This document shows, one piece after another, positions 48,161 to 59,946 of a stretch of DNA of 64,000 bases. The DNA comes from Gammaproteobacteria bacterium. GTDB lineage: Bacteria; Pseudomonadota; Gammaproteobacteria; Eutrophobiales; Eutrophobiaceae. Each line of letters begins with the position of its first letter. Position 1 is the stretch's first letter. Both the position numbers and the translations under genes were made by a program. Below the pieces are notes generated by a model. It had not been told where the DNA came from. It did no database searches and worked only from the letters and a program-made list of their open reading frames with translations. The DNA lies in contig CBDCTH010000012.1 of NCBI GenBank assembly GCA_965222155.1, forward strand, positions 1,120,001 through 1,184,000, in the 5' to 3' direction.

Positions 48161-49453
48161 TTATAGTTCAAGTAGTTCGAGTTCTTCCAACCGAATAGCC
48201 ATAGCTTTGACAGATACACGAAACTGTTTCGAAATCGAATGGAAGTTTCTACCGTTATAATATTCGGCAGAAGCAAGGGTTTTAGACAACTCGCGCAAAT
48301 CTCTACATCGCGACATAAAATCGCTAATACTTCCTGCGTTTAATGCAAATACAGTTTCTTCTTTGACTTTAAATTTTTCTGTTAAAAATAAATCTTTAAA
48401 TTTACTTTCAACTAATTTTCTTGGCATTAAGAAATAAGTGGCGAATTTGTCGGACTGTAACTCTTGGAGATTACGAGGGCCAGGAATTACGGAACCATCC
48501 AATGCTCTATCACGATGCAGTTCGTTCTGCTGGTGCAAAAGTGCATGTCCAAGCTCATGTGCAGCAGTAAAATTTTGAGTTTCTGAGGAGAACTCTTTTG
48601 ATATTTCGACTATTTTATTCTTCCTGTCAATTAGCCCTGCAACATCAATAAGTTTTCCTTGTATTTCATGTTTTCCAAGGGTTGTTGGTTGTTTGAATTG
48701 GAATCCCAATATTTTTTCTAGAGCAATTCTTGGTATTAATATATCTATCAGTTCTTCAGGTGTGTCGTCCTTCCAAATCATGCTTCGATACTTCCAAATT
48801 GTGTTTTGAAGTTGCCTAGCAATGTCTTCAATTTCCGAATTTGAAAGTTTCGATTCAACCCATTTATCTGAACGGAATACTTTAATCGCCAAATTGAACG
48901 CGTTTTTCTGATCTGCCTCCGCTTCTAGGCTTTCAAGCCGTTCTGTCGTTTTCAAGGATAGGTTTTTATAACTGGATATCAAGCGACTTTTTTCAGATCT
49001 GATATTTTCAGTCCATTTGTCGCTGTCAAAGGAGAGCAAGTTTAAATCTATGATTGATAAACATCCCGCAACTGCAGAAACAGCACTATTTAGAGCAACT
49101 CCAGATTCTCCTCTCGCCGCCTTATATCCATGGTCAAACACAGAAGCAGCGTAATCAGCCAATTCTATACATAGTTCAGCAATCTCAATAGGCATTTCTG
49201 TAGCTGTCTTAAGTTCTTGTAATGCCTTTACTTTTAATTCATTTTTCCTTTTTAATTCAGTTTCTTCGTCGCGAGCTTGGCGTAGATTTATGACCTCACA
49301 GAATTGATTGGCGTCTTCTTGAAATAACCTTTTCAGCGATGGATAAATTCGACTTTCAATCTCTGAATTTATTCTCAGAAGATTTGGAAGCCATTCTGTG
49401 TAATTATGCCTTGGATTAGAATTGTCCGTTAGATTGATTACGTTCCGAATCAA
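48161..49453 (-). CDS. Cyclodeaminase (FTCD_C)-like domain fused to an ImmA/IrrE metallopeptidase; probably 5'-truncated
   Basis: LFQEDANQF..ATEMPIEIA..G.KAARGESGVA..IIDLNL (FTCD_C-like), then NFTAAHELGH..ELQSDKFATYFLMP..FRVSVKAMAIRL; AT-rich; no ATG start. Confidence 0.72.
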   Translation of the reverse strand: MIRNVINLTDNSNPRHNYTEWLPNLLRINSEIESRIYPSLKRLFQEDANQFCEVINLRQARDEETELKRKNELKVKALQELKTATEMPIEIAELCIELADYAASVFDHGYKAARGESGVALNSAVSAVAGCLSIIDLNLLSFDSDKWTENIRSEKSRLISSYKNLSLKTTERLESLEAEADQKNAFNLAIKVFRSDKWVESKLSNSEIEDIARQLQNTIWKYRSMIWKDDTPEELIDILIPRIALEKILGFQFKQPTTLGKHEIQGKLIDVAGLIDRKNKIVEISKEFSSETQNFTAAHELGHALLHQQNELHRDRALDGSVIPGPRNLQELQSDKFATYFLMPRKLVESKFKDLFLTEKFKVKEETVFALNAGSISDFMSRCRDLRELSKTLASAEYYNGRNFHSISKQFRVSVKAMAIRLEELELLEL

Positions 49454-49727
49454 TTGCGCTGAGAACCTTACCGATGAATCCCCACCCTACGTACCCGATG
49501 TGGCTCTCACACTTCATCGATCTATGACTACCCAGGCTGGTTATACTTCGTTCGGCTGAAACTCGGATTTTATTCAGTTCTTGCCTCCGGCACCAGCGTC
49601 TACAGGATATCGTGGAGTAGCGCTGGGGACGATCATAGTGAGATTTCGATTCTCAATTAACTTTTTTCTAAAAAAAACCGAAACTTCGTTATTTTGCTTC
49701 TCTCTAATAAAAAAAATGAGGCCGATT

Positions 49728-50204
49728 ATGTACTGCGAAGAGATAGACTACCGGATTTACGGCAACGACATGCAGGTCGTTGAAGTGGAACTCGACCCCG
49801 GCGAGACAGTTATAGCCGAAGCTGGCGCCGGTTTCTTCGGTGGCGAAGGGTTTATCCTGCAACGTCTGCGCGGAGATGGAATGGCATTTGTCCATGTCGG
49901 CGGTACGGTTATCCGGAAGGAATTACAGGATGAATTACTGCGTGTGGACAGCGATTGCCTGGTGGCATTCACCAGTGGAATCAACTACAACATTGAGCAA
50001 CCCGGCAACCTCAAATCCATGTTCTTCGGTGGTGAGGGGCTGTTCCTGGCTACATTACAGGGCACCGGTGTTGTCTATTTGCAGAGTCTGCCGTTTTCAC
50101 GCTTGGCCGACCGCATTCTTGGAAACGCACCCTCCGAAGGCGGCAGAAATCAGGGTGAAAGCTTCATTCTCGGCGGCATTGGTAAACTGATTGGCGGGAG
50201 GTGA
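49728..50204 (+). pseudogene. TIGR00266/AIM24-family gene with an in-frame internal deletion
   Basis: [13 protein letters not shown] joins directly to [13 protein letters not shown], so the middle segment whose start is seen in the 45156 copy is missing. Confidence 0.75.
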
Positions 50205-50268
50205 GGTCGCTGGATAACCGTCCCTGACCGCGTTTAAAATTAATCAGGCCAATACTTTTGCTGAATCA

Positions 50269-51843
50269 TCATTCCCACTCAATCGTAGCTGGCGGCTTGC
50301 TGGAGATGTCATAGACCACCCTGGACACCCCTTCCACCTCGTTCATGATACGCTCGGAGACTTCCTGCAGGAATTCGCCGGGCAGGCGGGCCCAGCGGGC
50401 GGTCATGAAATCGACGGTTTCCACGGCGCGCAGGGCTACCACGTAGTCATAGCGCCGGGCATCGCCCTTGACGCCTACGGACTTGACCGGCAGGAACACG
50501 GTGAATGCCTGGCTGGTCTTGTGGTACAGGTCATGCCGGATGAGTGCGCGGATGAAGATATCGTCGGCCTGGCGCAGGATTTCTGCGTATTCCTTTTTTA
50601 CTTCTCCGAGGATCCTCACCCCCAGGCCCGGGCCCGGAAACGGGTGGCGCCGGATTATTTCCGGCGGCAGTCCCAGTTGCTCGCCCAGTTTGCGTACTTC
50701 GTCCTTGAAAAGCTCGCGCAGGGGTTCGAGCAGCTTCAGCTTCATGCGTTCCGGCAACCCCCCTACGTTATGATGTGACTTGATAACGTGGGCCTTGCCG
50801 GTGCCGGCGCCGGCGGACTCGATCACGTCCGGGTAGATGGTGCCCTGGGCCAGCCATTTTTCATTTTTGAGTTTTTTTGCTTCCTCTTCAAAGATGGCAA
50901 TAAACTCACGGCCGATGATCTTGCGCTTTTCTTCCGGGTCGGCAACTCCCTTGAGTTTATCCATGTAACGTCGTTCGGCGTTGACGCGGATTACGCGCAT
51001 ACCCATGTGCCTGGAAAAGGTCTCCATAACCTGATCGCCCTCATTGAGGCGCAACAGGCCGGTGTCGACGAAGATACAGGTCAATTGATCGCCTATGGCC
51101 CGTTGCAACAGCGCTGCGGTCACCGCGGAATCGACGCCGCCGGACAAGGCCAGCAACACCTCGTCAGCGCCCACCCTGGCGCGCACGTCCGTGATGGCTT
51201 CCGTGATGATGTTGTCGGCGGTCCACAAGGTATCACAACCGGCAATCTCGCAGACGAACCGCTGCAGGATGGCCATGCCCTGACGGGTATGGGTCACCTC
51301 GGGATGAAACTGCAGGCCGTAAAACCCGCGCGCCTCGTCGGCCATGCCGGCTATCGGTGAGTTGTCCGTTGAGGCGATGCGTTTGAAACCTTCGGGCAAT
51401 TCATCGACCCGGTCACCGTGGCTCATCCAGACGTCCAGTAATCCGTGGCCTGCCGCGTTGCTGTCGTCCTGGATATCGCGCAATAAACGTGAATGCCCCC
51501 GGGCCCTGACCCTGGCGTACCCGAATTCCCGCAGATGGGAAGTGGCGACCTGCCCTCCCAGTTGCTGCGCCATGGTCTGCATTCCGTAACAGATACCGAG
51601 CACCGGCACGCCCAGATGGAACACGATATCAGGGGCGCGCCAGCTGTTATTGCCGGTCACCGATTCCGGTCCACCGGATAATATGATGGCTTTCGGGTTG
51701 AAATACCTGATTGCCGACTCATCCAGGTCGAACGGATATATCTCGTTGTAGACCCCTGTTTCCCGGACCCGCCGGGCGATGAGCTGGGTATATTGCGAGC
51801 CGAAGTCCAGGATCAGGATCTTGTCGCTGTGTATATCAGGCAT
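50269..51843 (-). CDS. guaA: GMP synthase (glutamine-hydrolysing)
   Basis: [41 protein letters not shown] and KPPATIEWE. Confidence 0.98.
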   Translation of the reverse strand: MPDIHSDKILILDFGSQYTQLIARRVRETGVYNEIYPFDLDESAIRYFNPKAIILSGGPESVTGNNSWRAPDIVFHLGVPVLGICYGMQTMAQQLGGQVATSHLREFGYARVRARGHSRLLRDIQDDSNAAGHGLLDVWMSHGDRVDELPEGFKRIASTDNSPIAGMADEARGFYGLQFHPEVTHTRQGMAILQRFVCEIAGCDTLWTADNIITEAITDVRARVGADEVLLALSGGVDSAVTAALLQRAIGDQLTCIFVDTGLLRLNEGDQVMETFSRHMGMRVIRVNAERRYMDKLKGVADPEEKRKIIGREFIAIFEEEAKKLKNEKWLAQGTIYPDVIESAGAGTGKAHVIKSHHNVGGLPERMKLKLLEPLRELFKDEVRKLGEQLGLPPEIIRRHPFPGPGLGVRILGEVKKEYAEILRQADDIFIRALIRHDLYHKTSQAFTVFLPVKSVGVKGDARRYDYVVALRAVETVDFMTARWARLPGEFLQEVSERIMNEVEGVSRVVYDISSKPPATIEWE

Positions 51844-51860
51844 TGACGGGCAAGATTTAA

Positions 51861-52044
51861 TTTACATGGATGGACAGGATATACAGGATATACAGGATGT
51901 GATTCAGAAAAATAATAGTGTTTTACAGACGCCGTTTTACAAGGTCCCTGGAAGTAACATACAGGTTCAATCAGATACCATAGCCTGGCAACGTCTTGAA
52001 ATACATGATCAATAATCCTGTATATACTGTTCATCCATGTTAAA
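51861..52044. repeat. CAGGAT-family 9-mer inverted repeat element between guaB and guaA
   Basis: TTTACATGGATGGACAGGATATACAGGATATACAGGAT ... ATCCTGTATATACTGTTCATCCATGTTAAA. Confidence 0.85.
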
Positions 52045-53508
<1,464 letters not shown>

Positions 53509-53584
53509 TTATTATAATGACCTTGAGAGAAGTGGTAAACAAAAAACACAAAAAACATTCATGATTCCTGTGTTGCTGTAGAGA

Positions 53585-54967
53585 ATGGTTTCTGATACCG
53601 GATTTTTTATGAACACTGTTATTACTGAAGAGCGCCGCGATATTTACACAATCACCCGTCTCAATCGTGAGGTCAGGGCTGTATTGGAGGACAGTTTCCC
53701 TCCGTCCTTATGGGTGCGCGGTGAGATTTCCAACCTGGCGCGGCCCGGTTCGGGGCATATCTACTTCTCCCTGAAGGACAAGCATTCACAGGTACGTTGC
53801 GCGATGTTCAAGAGCGCCAACCGCCACTTGAGATTCCCGGCAGAGAACGGCCAGGAAGTATTGGCCAGGGCCGGTGTCAGCCTGTATGAGGGTCGGGGTG
53901 AATTTCAATTGATCGTGGAACACATGGAGCCGGCCGGCGCCGGCGCCCTGCAGCAGGCGTTCGAGAAGCTCAAACAGAAGCTGCATGAAGAAGGTCTGTT
54001 TGCTGAAGATCACAAACTGCCACTCCCGGCCTACCCGGGGATAATCGGGGTTGTGACGTCGCCGACCGGTGCAGCCGTTAAAGACATAATCCAGGTGCTG
54101 GGGAGACGCTACGCCACTGCCGGTGTCATCGTTTACCCCGTACCCGTACAGGGTGAAGACGCAGCGCAACAGATTGCAGAAACCATCGATGAGGCAAACC
54201 GGCGCGAGGAATGTGACGTATTGATCCTCGCCCGGGGCGGCGGCTCCCTGGAGGACCTGTGGTCATTCAATGAGGAAATTGTTGCCAGGGCAATCTATCG
54301 CTCGGCTATTCCGCTGGTCAGCGGCATCGGCCACGAGATAGATTTTACCATTGCCGATTTCGTTGCCGACCAGCGGGCGCCTACTCCCTCGGCGGCGGCT
54401 GAACTGGTCAGTCCCGATGCTGCTGCCCTGCAGTCAAGGCTGAATACCCTGTACTCGCAACTCCACCTGCGTATCAACGACCTGCTGAACACACACCTGC
54501 GAAACGTGACGCAGTTGAGCAAACGCCTGCCACGACCTACCTACCTGCTGCAAAACATGGCACAGCGTATGGATGACCTGGCTATCCGGTCGAGACTCGC
54601 ACTGGATAACGGTATTGCATTACGCAGGGTGCGTCTGAACCGGTTCGCAGACGCCCTCACGAGCAGGAATCCCCTGCAACAGTTGGCAGGATACCGTACA
54701 AAATGCGATGTCCTGGACAAACAACTGAAAAATCACCTTGTCCGTAACCTGAAGGCATGGAAAAAACAACTGGATTTTCTTTCTCATTCCCTGAAGACGG
54801 TCAGTCCTCTGGCAACTCTGGACAGGGGCTATGCAATTGTCACGGATAAAGACGAAAACATCGTGCGCAGGGCGGATCAACTACATGAAAACGCCGTGAT
54901 CAGCACAAGATTCTCCAAGGGAAGCGTCCGCTCGACTGTCAACAAAATTAACGCTGATGATGAATGA
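53585..54967 (+). CDS. xseA: Exodeoxyribonuclease VII large subunit
   Basis: GEISN..SGHIYFSLKD, VTSPTGAA, RGGGSLEDLWSFN, GHEIDFTIADFVAD.RAPTPS and SPLATLDRGY; the start may be ATG 53609. Confidence 0.96.
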   Translation: MVSDTGFFMNTVITEERRDIYTITRLNREVRAVLEDSFPPSLWVRGEISNLARPGSGHIYFSLKDKHSQVRCAMFKSANRHLRFPAENGQEVLARAGVSLYEGRGEFQLIVEHMEPAGAGALQQAFEKLKQKLHEEGLFAEDHKLPLPAYPGIIGVVTSPTGAAVKDIIQVLGRRYATAGVIVYPVPVQGEDAAQQIAETIDEANRREECDVLILARGGGSLEDLWSFNEEIVARAIYRSAIPLVSGIGHEIDFTIADFVADQRAPTPSAAAELVSPDAAALQSRLNTLYSQLHLRINDLLNTHLRNVTQLSKRLPRPTYLLQNMAQRMDDLAIRSRLALDNGIALRRVRLNRFADALTSRNPLQQLAGYRTKCDVLDKQLKNHLVRNLKAWKKQLDFLSHSLKTVSPLATLDRGYAIVTDKDENIVRRADQLHENAVISTRFSKGSVRSTVNKINADDE

Positions 54968-55049
54968 TCAAACATGGATGTACAGGATAGACAGGATTAT
55001 TGTGATTTAAGCTTTAAAATATACCAATGAATGGTATATAATCCACATC

Positions 55050-55316
55050 ATGACATGGACTGTTTACCTGACCAAAAAGGCGCATAAACAACTGGCAAAG
55101 CTGCCACGAATGATACAGGTCCTGGCTGATCTTGCCGTGACTGATCTGGAGGAACAGGGAGTTAACCCTCAGGGTTGGAATACTTTGAAAATCGGCAAAG
55201 ACGAATATCGTCTGCGCCTGAATTTCCGGTATCGCATGCGTTATCGTGTAACGACAGAACAGTCCTTGAGGATCGAAGTATTTTATATGGGGCATCGACG
55301 GGAGGCTTACAGATGA
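55050..55316 (+). CDS. RelE/ParE-family toxin
   Basis: WTVYLTKKAHKQLAKLP..YRLRLNFRYRMRY..IEVFYMGHRREAY. Confidence 0.85.
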   Translation: MTWTVYLTKKAHKQLAKLPRMIQVLADLAVTDLEEQGVNPQGWNTLKIGKDEYRLRLNFRYRMRYRVTTEQSLRIEVFYMGHRREAYR

Positions 55317-55684
55317 GTCATACATTGAAAATTCAACACGATTTGAGGGGTGTGCTCGTGAAGCCTACCGAAAAAGTGGAGCGGGCACGCCTGAAAAACA
55401 TGAGCAGCCCAAGCGTGGATCAATACTTGAACGATGAGCTTGTGCCCGCTCAAACGTTGCACGACGAAATCAGACAGCGCTACGGCGATGCTTATAGAAC
55501 TCCGGCTTACTATTTGCGATCGTATCGCCAACGGGCCGGATTGACCCAGGCACAGCTGGCAGATCAAGCAGGTATTCGCCAGCACCACATCTCTGAAATG
55601 GAAAATAATAAACGGGCTATGGGGAAAACGATGGCCAGGAAGCTGGCGCAGATACTGGACTGTGATTACCGAAGATTGTTATAA
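55313..55684 (+). CDS. HTH-Xre antitoxin (HigA-like)
   Basis: ATGA overlap after GGAGG; LRSYRQRAGLTQAQLADQAGIRQHHISEMENNKRAMG. Confidence 0.82.
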   Translation: MSHTLKIQHDLRGVLVKPTEKVERARLKNMSSPSVDQYLNDELVPAQTLHDEIRQRYGDAYRTPAYYLRSYRQRAGLTQAQLADQAGIRQHHISEMENNKRAMGKTMARKLAQILDCDYRRLL

Positions 55685-55845
55685 GGAATGATTAATCGAC
55701 TGGATTCCTGCCCCTGCTCAACGCCATACAGGGGCAGGCTTCCGCAGGAATGGTATCGGGGCAGATGCTGCTGTTACATTGCTGCGTGTTGTTACTTTTC
55801 CCCAAACATCCTGTACATCCTGTACATCGATGTGAATTTCCTCAA

Positions 55846-56820
55846 CTAAATTTCTGCCCGTTCCTGGGGCGATATCTGCGCGGCCTGCAGGTCGGCATGA
55901 TACGATGAGCGCACCATGGGGGCGCTGGCCACGCTGGTGAAGCCCAGTTGTCTGGCGTATTCGCCCAGGTCGGCGAATTCTGCCGGGTCCACGAATCTCT
56001 CCACCTGCAGGTGATACCGGCTTGGTTGCAGGTACTGGCCCAGGGTCAACATGTCGCAGTCATGTTCCCTGAGGTCGCTCAAGACCTGTTTGACATCCTC
56101 AATATCTTCACCCAGTCCCAGCATGAGGCCGGACTTTGTCGGAATTCCGGGGTGCTGTGCCTTGAATTTCCGGATCAGTTCCAGCGACCAGGGATAATCG
56201 GCGCCCGGCCTCGCCTTGCGGTACAGGACCGGTGTCGTCTCCAGGTTATGATTAAACACGTCGGGGGGCGCTTCGCCCAGTTTTTCCAGGGCTATGTCCA
56301 TCCGGCGGCGAAAGTCCGGGGTCAGTATTTCGATCTTCGTGGCAGGCGTCTTGCGGCGCACAGCCTTGACACAATCCCTGAACTGCCCTGCCCCGCTGTC
56401 GCGCAGGTCATCCCGGTCAACGGATGTAATGACCACGTATTTCAAGCCCATTAATTTAACGGCATGGGCCAGGTGTTCCGGTTCCTCCTTGTCCAGGGGT
56501 TGGGGGCGACCGTGGGCGACGTCACAAAAAGGACAACGCCGGGTACAGGTATCACCCATGATCATGAAGGTAGCGGTGCCCCGTGCAAAGCACTCACCCA
56601 GGTTGGGACAGGAAGCCTCCTCACACACCGTGTGCAGGGAATGTTCCCGCAACAGGCTCTTCAACTCAAACACCCTGGGATCGGTCGGCGCTTTTGCCCG
56701 GATCCAGTTGGGCTTTCTCGGCGGCTTCCCCTCCATCGGTACAACTCTTATCGGGATACGCGCGGTCTTGAATTTTCCGCGCCGTTCCTGCTTTGTGCGG
56801 TTTTCTAATGCCGTATTCAT
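55846..56820 (-). CDS. lipA: Lipoyl synthase
   Basis: [20 protein letters not shown] and VRSSYHA. Confidence 0.97.
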   Translation of the reverse strand: MNTALENRTKQERRGKFKTARIPIRVVPMEGKPPRKPNWIRAKAPTDPRVFELKSLLREHSLHTVCEEASCPNLGECFARGTATFMIMGDTCTRRCPFCDVAHGRPQPLDKEEPEHLAHAVKLMGLKYVVITSVDRDDLRDSGAGQFRDCVKAVRRKTPATKIEILTPDFRRRMDIALEKLGEAPPDVFNHNLETTPVLYRKARPGADYPWSLELIRKFKAQHPGIPTKSGLMLGLGEDIEDVKQVLSDLREHDCDMLTLGQYLQPSRYHLQVERFVDPAEFADLGEYARQLGFTSVASAPMVRSSYHADLQAAQISPQERAEI

Positions 56821-56845
56821 CTGTAAATATGTCGGGACAAAGCGT

Positions 56846-57514
56846 TTACGAAGCCATCTCTATGGGAAATAGAGTGTTCCTGTTATCACATCGTTCTATT
56901 TCATTGTATATAAACTGGTTTAACAGGCAAGGTAAAAAATTCTCAAGTGCTTCATCCAGCGTCAACCTTACCCCCCAGTCCGCCAGGTGCGTCACCTCCA
57001 GTCCCGGATAACCGCAAGGATTAATGCGCCGGAAAGGAGACAAATCCATACAGACATTGACAGCCAGGCCGTGATAACAACATCCCTTCCTGACCCGCAC
57101 GCCCAGGGCTGCGATTTTCTTGTCAGCCAGGTATACGCCCGGCGCGCCCTGGCGGCGTTGCGCGTTCAGGTCGTAGATAGCGAGAAAATCCATAACCGCC
57201 TGTTCCAGCAGCTTGACGAAACCCTTGATGGATACCCCGAGGCGCTTCAGGTCCAGCAGCAGGTAAACAACCAGTTGACCGGGGCCGTGATAAGTCACCT
57301 GTCCGCCCCGATCCACCTTATGCACGGGTATGGCGCCCGGGTCCAGCAGGTGCTCGGTGCGGCCGGCGAGGCCCAGGGTAAATACAGGCTCGTGTTCCAG
57401 GCACCAGATTTCGTCCACAGTTGCCGGGTCACGTCGGTTGGTATATTCAACCATTGATTCATAGACACCCAGGTATTCCTGCAGACCGAAATGCCGGATT
57501 ATGACCTTGTTCAT
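56846..57514 (-). CDS. lipB: Octanoyltransferase
   Basis: [34 protein letters not shown] and INPCG. Confidence 0.96.
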   Translation of the reverse strand: MNKVIIRHFGLQEYLGVYESMVEYTNRRDPATVDEIWCLEHEPVFTLGLAGRTEHLLDPGAIPVHKVDRGGQVTYHGPGQLVVYLLLDLKRLGVSIKGFVKLLEQAVMDFLAIYDLNAQRRQGAPGVYLADKKIAALGVRVRKGCCYHGLAVNVCMDLSPFRRINPCGYPGLEVTHLADWGVRLTLDEALENFLPCLLNQFIYNEIERCDNRNTLFPIEMAS

Positions 57515-57521
57515 AGATTAC

Positions 57522-57550
57522 TTACATGGATGCACAGGATAGACAGGATA
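57522..57550. repeat. Solo left arm of the CAGGAT-family repeat
   Basis: TTACATGGATGCACAGGATAGACAGGAT upstream of lipB; no partner arm seen. Confidence 0.65.
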
Positions 57551-57648
57551 TAATTAAAAAATTCTGTATGATAATGGTTTCGCCCGAACGAATAAAATCA
57601 TAGTATACGCTCAGGTGATCTGAAAACATATACTCATAGGAGGCGCCC

Positions 57649-58029
57649 ATGAAGTTGGCAGCACTGTATTTGTCCTGTTCCTTGATATTCGGCTTCGTGC
57701 CAATCCAGGTCGTGCTCGCACAGGCCGAATCCGCATCCACCGAAGTGATTGAAACCTGCCCGATGCCGGAAAGACCTTCCATTCCCAACGGGTTGAAGTC
57801 CAGCGAGGATGAAATGATTGAGGCACAAAAAGGCATCAAAGACTATATTGCCAAAGGGGAAGCCGTACTGGCTTGCCTGGATGGACTCCGGGAAAGCTGG
57901 GGAGAAACCGCCACTGAAGAGCAACAGCAAATCAACATGCTTTTCTACAATAAAATGGTAGATGAAATGTCATCGACGGGTGAGTTGTTTAATTCTGCGG
58001 TTCGGGCCTATAAAGGCAGAAACCAGTAA
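57649..58029 (+). CDS. Secreted hypothetical helical protein
   Basis: AGGAGG RBS, signal peptide, CP.P..P.IP.G motif and a second Cys. Confidence 0.75.
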   Translation: MKLAALYLSCSLIFGFVPIQVVLAQAESASTEVIETCPMPERPSIPNGLKSSEDEMIEAQKGIKDYIAKGEAVLACLDGLRESWGETATEEQQQINMLFYNKMVDEMSSTGELFNSAVRAYKGRNQ

Positions 58030-58229
58030 TCCGCTGCAAACACCTGACAACCTGGTATCAATAGACAGGTTGCCTTGAGAATATAACCATAAGATGCCGT
58101 AAAGCCGTCATTGAGGGCGCAAGTTCACCTCCTGCCTGCAACATGCCGGCGCAGGTTTTTTAATGGTGTCGTGCAGAGTCCCGATTGCAGGAATCCATGG
58201 GCAGACCCTGAGGCATTGTCGTATTACGA

Positions 58230-59159
58230 ATGAAAGCGCTGGAGATTAATCGCCTGGAAAAAACCTACAAGAACGGGTTTCAGGCATTGAAAGGAATCGA
58301 CCTGGAGGTGGATGAAGGCGATTTCTTTGCGTTACTCGGCCCCAACGGCGCCGGCAAGTCCACCACCATCGGCATCATTTCCTCGCTGGTAACCAAAACC
58401 GCCGGTAGCGTCAGCGTTCTTGGCCTCGATAGCGACACTCATATAACCGAGATCAAATCCCGGTTAGGCATCGTCCCCCAGGAAATCAACTTTTCATTAT
58501 TTGAAACCTGCCTGAATATCTTGCTGAACCAGGCTGGATACTATGGAATTGACCGGAAACTGGCTTACCCCAGAGCGGAGAAATACCTCAGGCAACTGGG
58601 TTTGTGGGAACGGCGCAACGATATATCCCGCAACCTCTCCGGCGGACTCAAACGCCGGTTGTTGATTGCCAGGGCCCTGGTCCATGAACCGAAACTGCTG
58701 CTGCTGGATGAGCCGACTGCCGGCGTGGACGTGGAGTTGCGCCGTTCCACCTGGGATTTTCTGAGGGAGATTAACCGCCGGGGCACAACCATCGTCCTGA
58801 CCACTCATTACCTGGAAGAAGCCGAGAGTCTGTGTGAAAAAATTGCCATCATCGACAAGGGATCGATCATTGAATTCGGCTATAAAAAAGACCTGCTCGC
58901 CAAATTGCACTCGGAGACATTTATCCTGGACCTGGTAAGTCCACTGGAGAAACTGCCCGATATGCCGTTATTGGACATACGCCAGGTCGATCCGACAACC
59001 CTGGAAGTGGTCATCAACAGGGAGCAGAATGCAAACGCCGTATTTGAAATGCTGTCGGAGCACCGGATCATCGTGAGCAGCATGCGCAACAAGGCGAATC
59101 GCCTGGAAGAGTTATTCATCCGGTTACTGGACGACAATGAGCACGGAAATGACCACTGA
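58230..59159 (+). CDS. yadG: ABC transporter ATP-binding protein (YadG-like)
   Basis: GPNGAGKST, LSGGLKRR, LLDEPTAGVD, TTHYLEEAE and SMRNKANRLEELF. Confidence 0.88.
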   Translation: MKALEINRLEKTYKNGFQALKGIDLEVDEGDFFALLGPNGAGKSTTIGIISSLVTKTAGSVSVLGLDSDTHITEIKSRLGIVPQEINFSLFETCLNILLNQAGYYGIDRKLAYPRAEKYLRQLGLWERRNDISRNLSGGLKRRLLIARALVHEPKLLLLDEPTAGVDVELRRSTWDFLREINRRGTTIVLTTHYLEEAESLCEKIAIIDKGSIIEFGYKKDLLAKLHSETFILDLVSPLEKLPDMPLLDIRQVDPTTLEVVINREQNANAVFEMLSEHRIIVSSMRNKANRLEELFIRLLDDNEHGNDH

Positions 59160-59925
59160 GCGGTTCTACATAGCCTACAAGACCATCGTCACCAAGGAGA
59201 TCACCCGGTTCTTGCGCATCTGGATGCAAACCGTGCTGCCGGCGGCGATCAGTATGGCGCTATACTTCATCATATTCGGCAACCTGATTGGCCCCCGTAT
59301 CGGCGTGATGGGCGGGTTCTCCTACATGGAATTCATTGCTCCGGGCATCATCATGATGTCGATAATCAATAACTCCTACTCCAATGTTTCTTCCTCTTTT
59401 TTCGGGGCGCGGTTTCAACGCCATATCGAGGAAATGCTGATTGCGCCCGTGCCTAACTGGATCATCCTCGCCGGTTATATTACCGGCGGTGTATTCAGGG
59501 GCTTGATTGTGGGGCTCATCGTGACCATTATTGCGTTGTTCTTCACGGGGATGCCCTCGGTTCACAACCCCTTCATCGTCTTAACTATAGTCATCCTGAC
59601 CTCCGTCCTGTTTTCCCTGGGCGGTTTTCTTAACGGCATATTTGCGAAGAACTTCGATGACATCTCCATCATCCCGACTTTCGTGCTGACCCCGCTGATA
59701 TACCTGGGGGGAGTATTCTATTCCATAGACCTGCTGCCTGACATCTGGCAATCCATCTCCCTGGCCAATCCGATACTGTACATGGTGAACGCCTTCCGAT
59801 ACGGCATATTGGGCGTTTCCGACATCAACATCCATGTTGCTTTCGCCATCATCCTGCTGTTTATCATCGCCCTGTCGTTTTTGTCCCTTTATCTGCTGCA
59901 GCGGGGGACGGGGATAAAGACCTGA
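59137..59925 (+). CDS. yadH: ABC-2 permease (YadH-like)
   Basis: KEITRFLRIWMQT, YFIIFGNLIG.RIG, NSYSNVSSSFF and FDDISIIPTFVLTPL.YLGGVFYS. Confidence 0.9.
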   Translation: MSTEMTTERFYIAYKTIVTKEITRFLRIWMQTVLPAAISMALYFIIFGNLIGPRIGVMGGFSYMEFIAPGIIMMSIINNSYSNVSSSFFGARFQRHIEEMLIAPVPNWIILAGYITGGVFRGLIVGLIVTIIALFFTGMPSVHNPFIVLTIVILTSVLFSLGGFLNGIFAKNFDDISIIPTFVLTPLIYLGGVFYSIDLLPDIWQSISLANPILYMVNAFRYGILGVSDINIHVAFAIILLFIIALSFLSLYLLQRGTGIKT

Positions 59926-59946
59926 TTCAAACCGGAAACTATTCAG

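Larger units (their letters stand above)
54972..55833. mobile_element. CAGGAT-family inverted repeats flanking a toxin-antitoxin pair
   Basis: ACATGGATGTACAGGATAGACAGGAT (54972) and ATCCTGTACATCCTGTACATCGATGT (55808-55833). Confidence 0.55.

Noticed and set aside
49458-49530. TPR-like fragment (YVPDVALTL) at the break of the FTCD-ImmA gene
   Set aside because: Too short to support.
39533-50204. Integron cassette array
   Set aside because: No intI and no attC-like RYYYAAC..GTTRRRY structures recognised between the genes.
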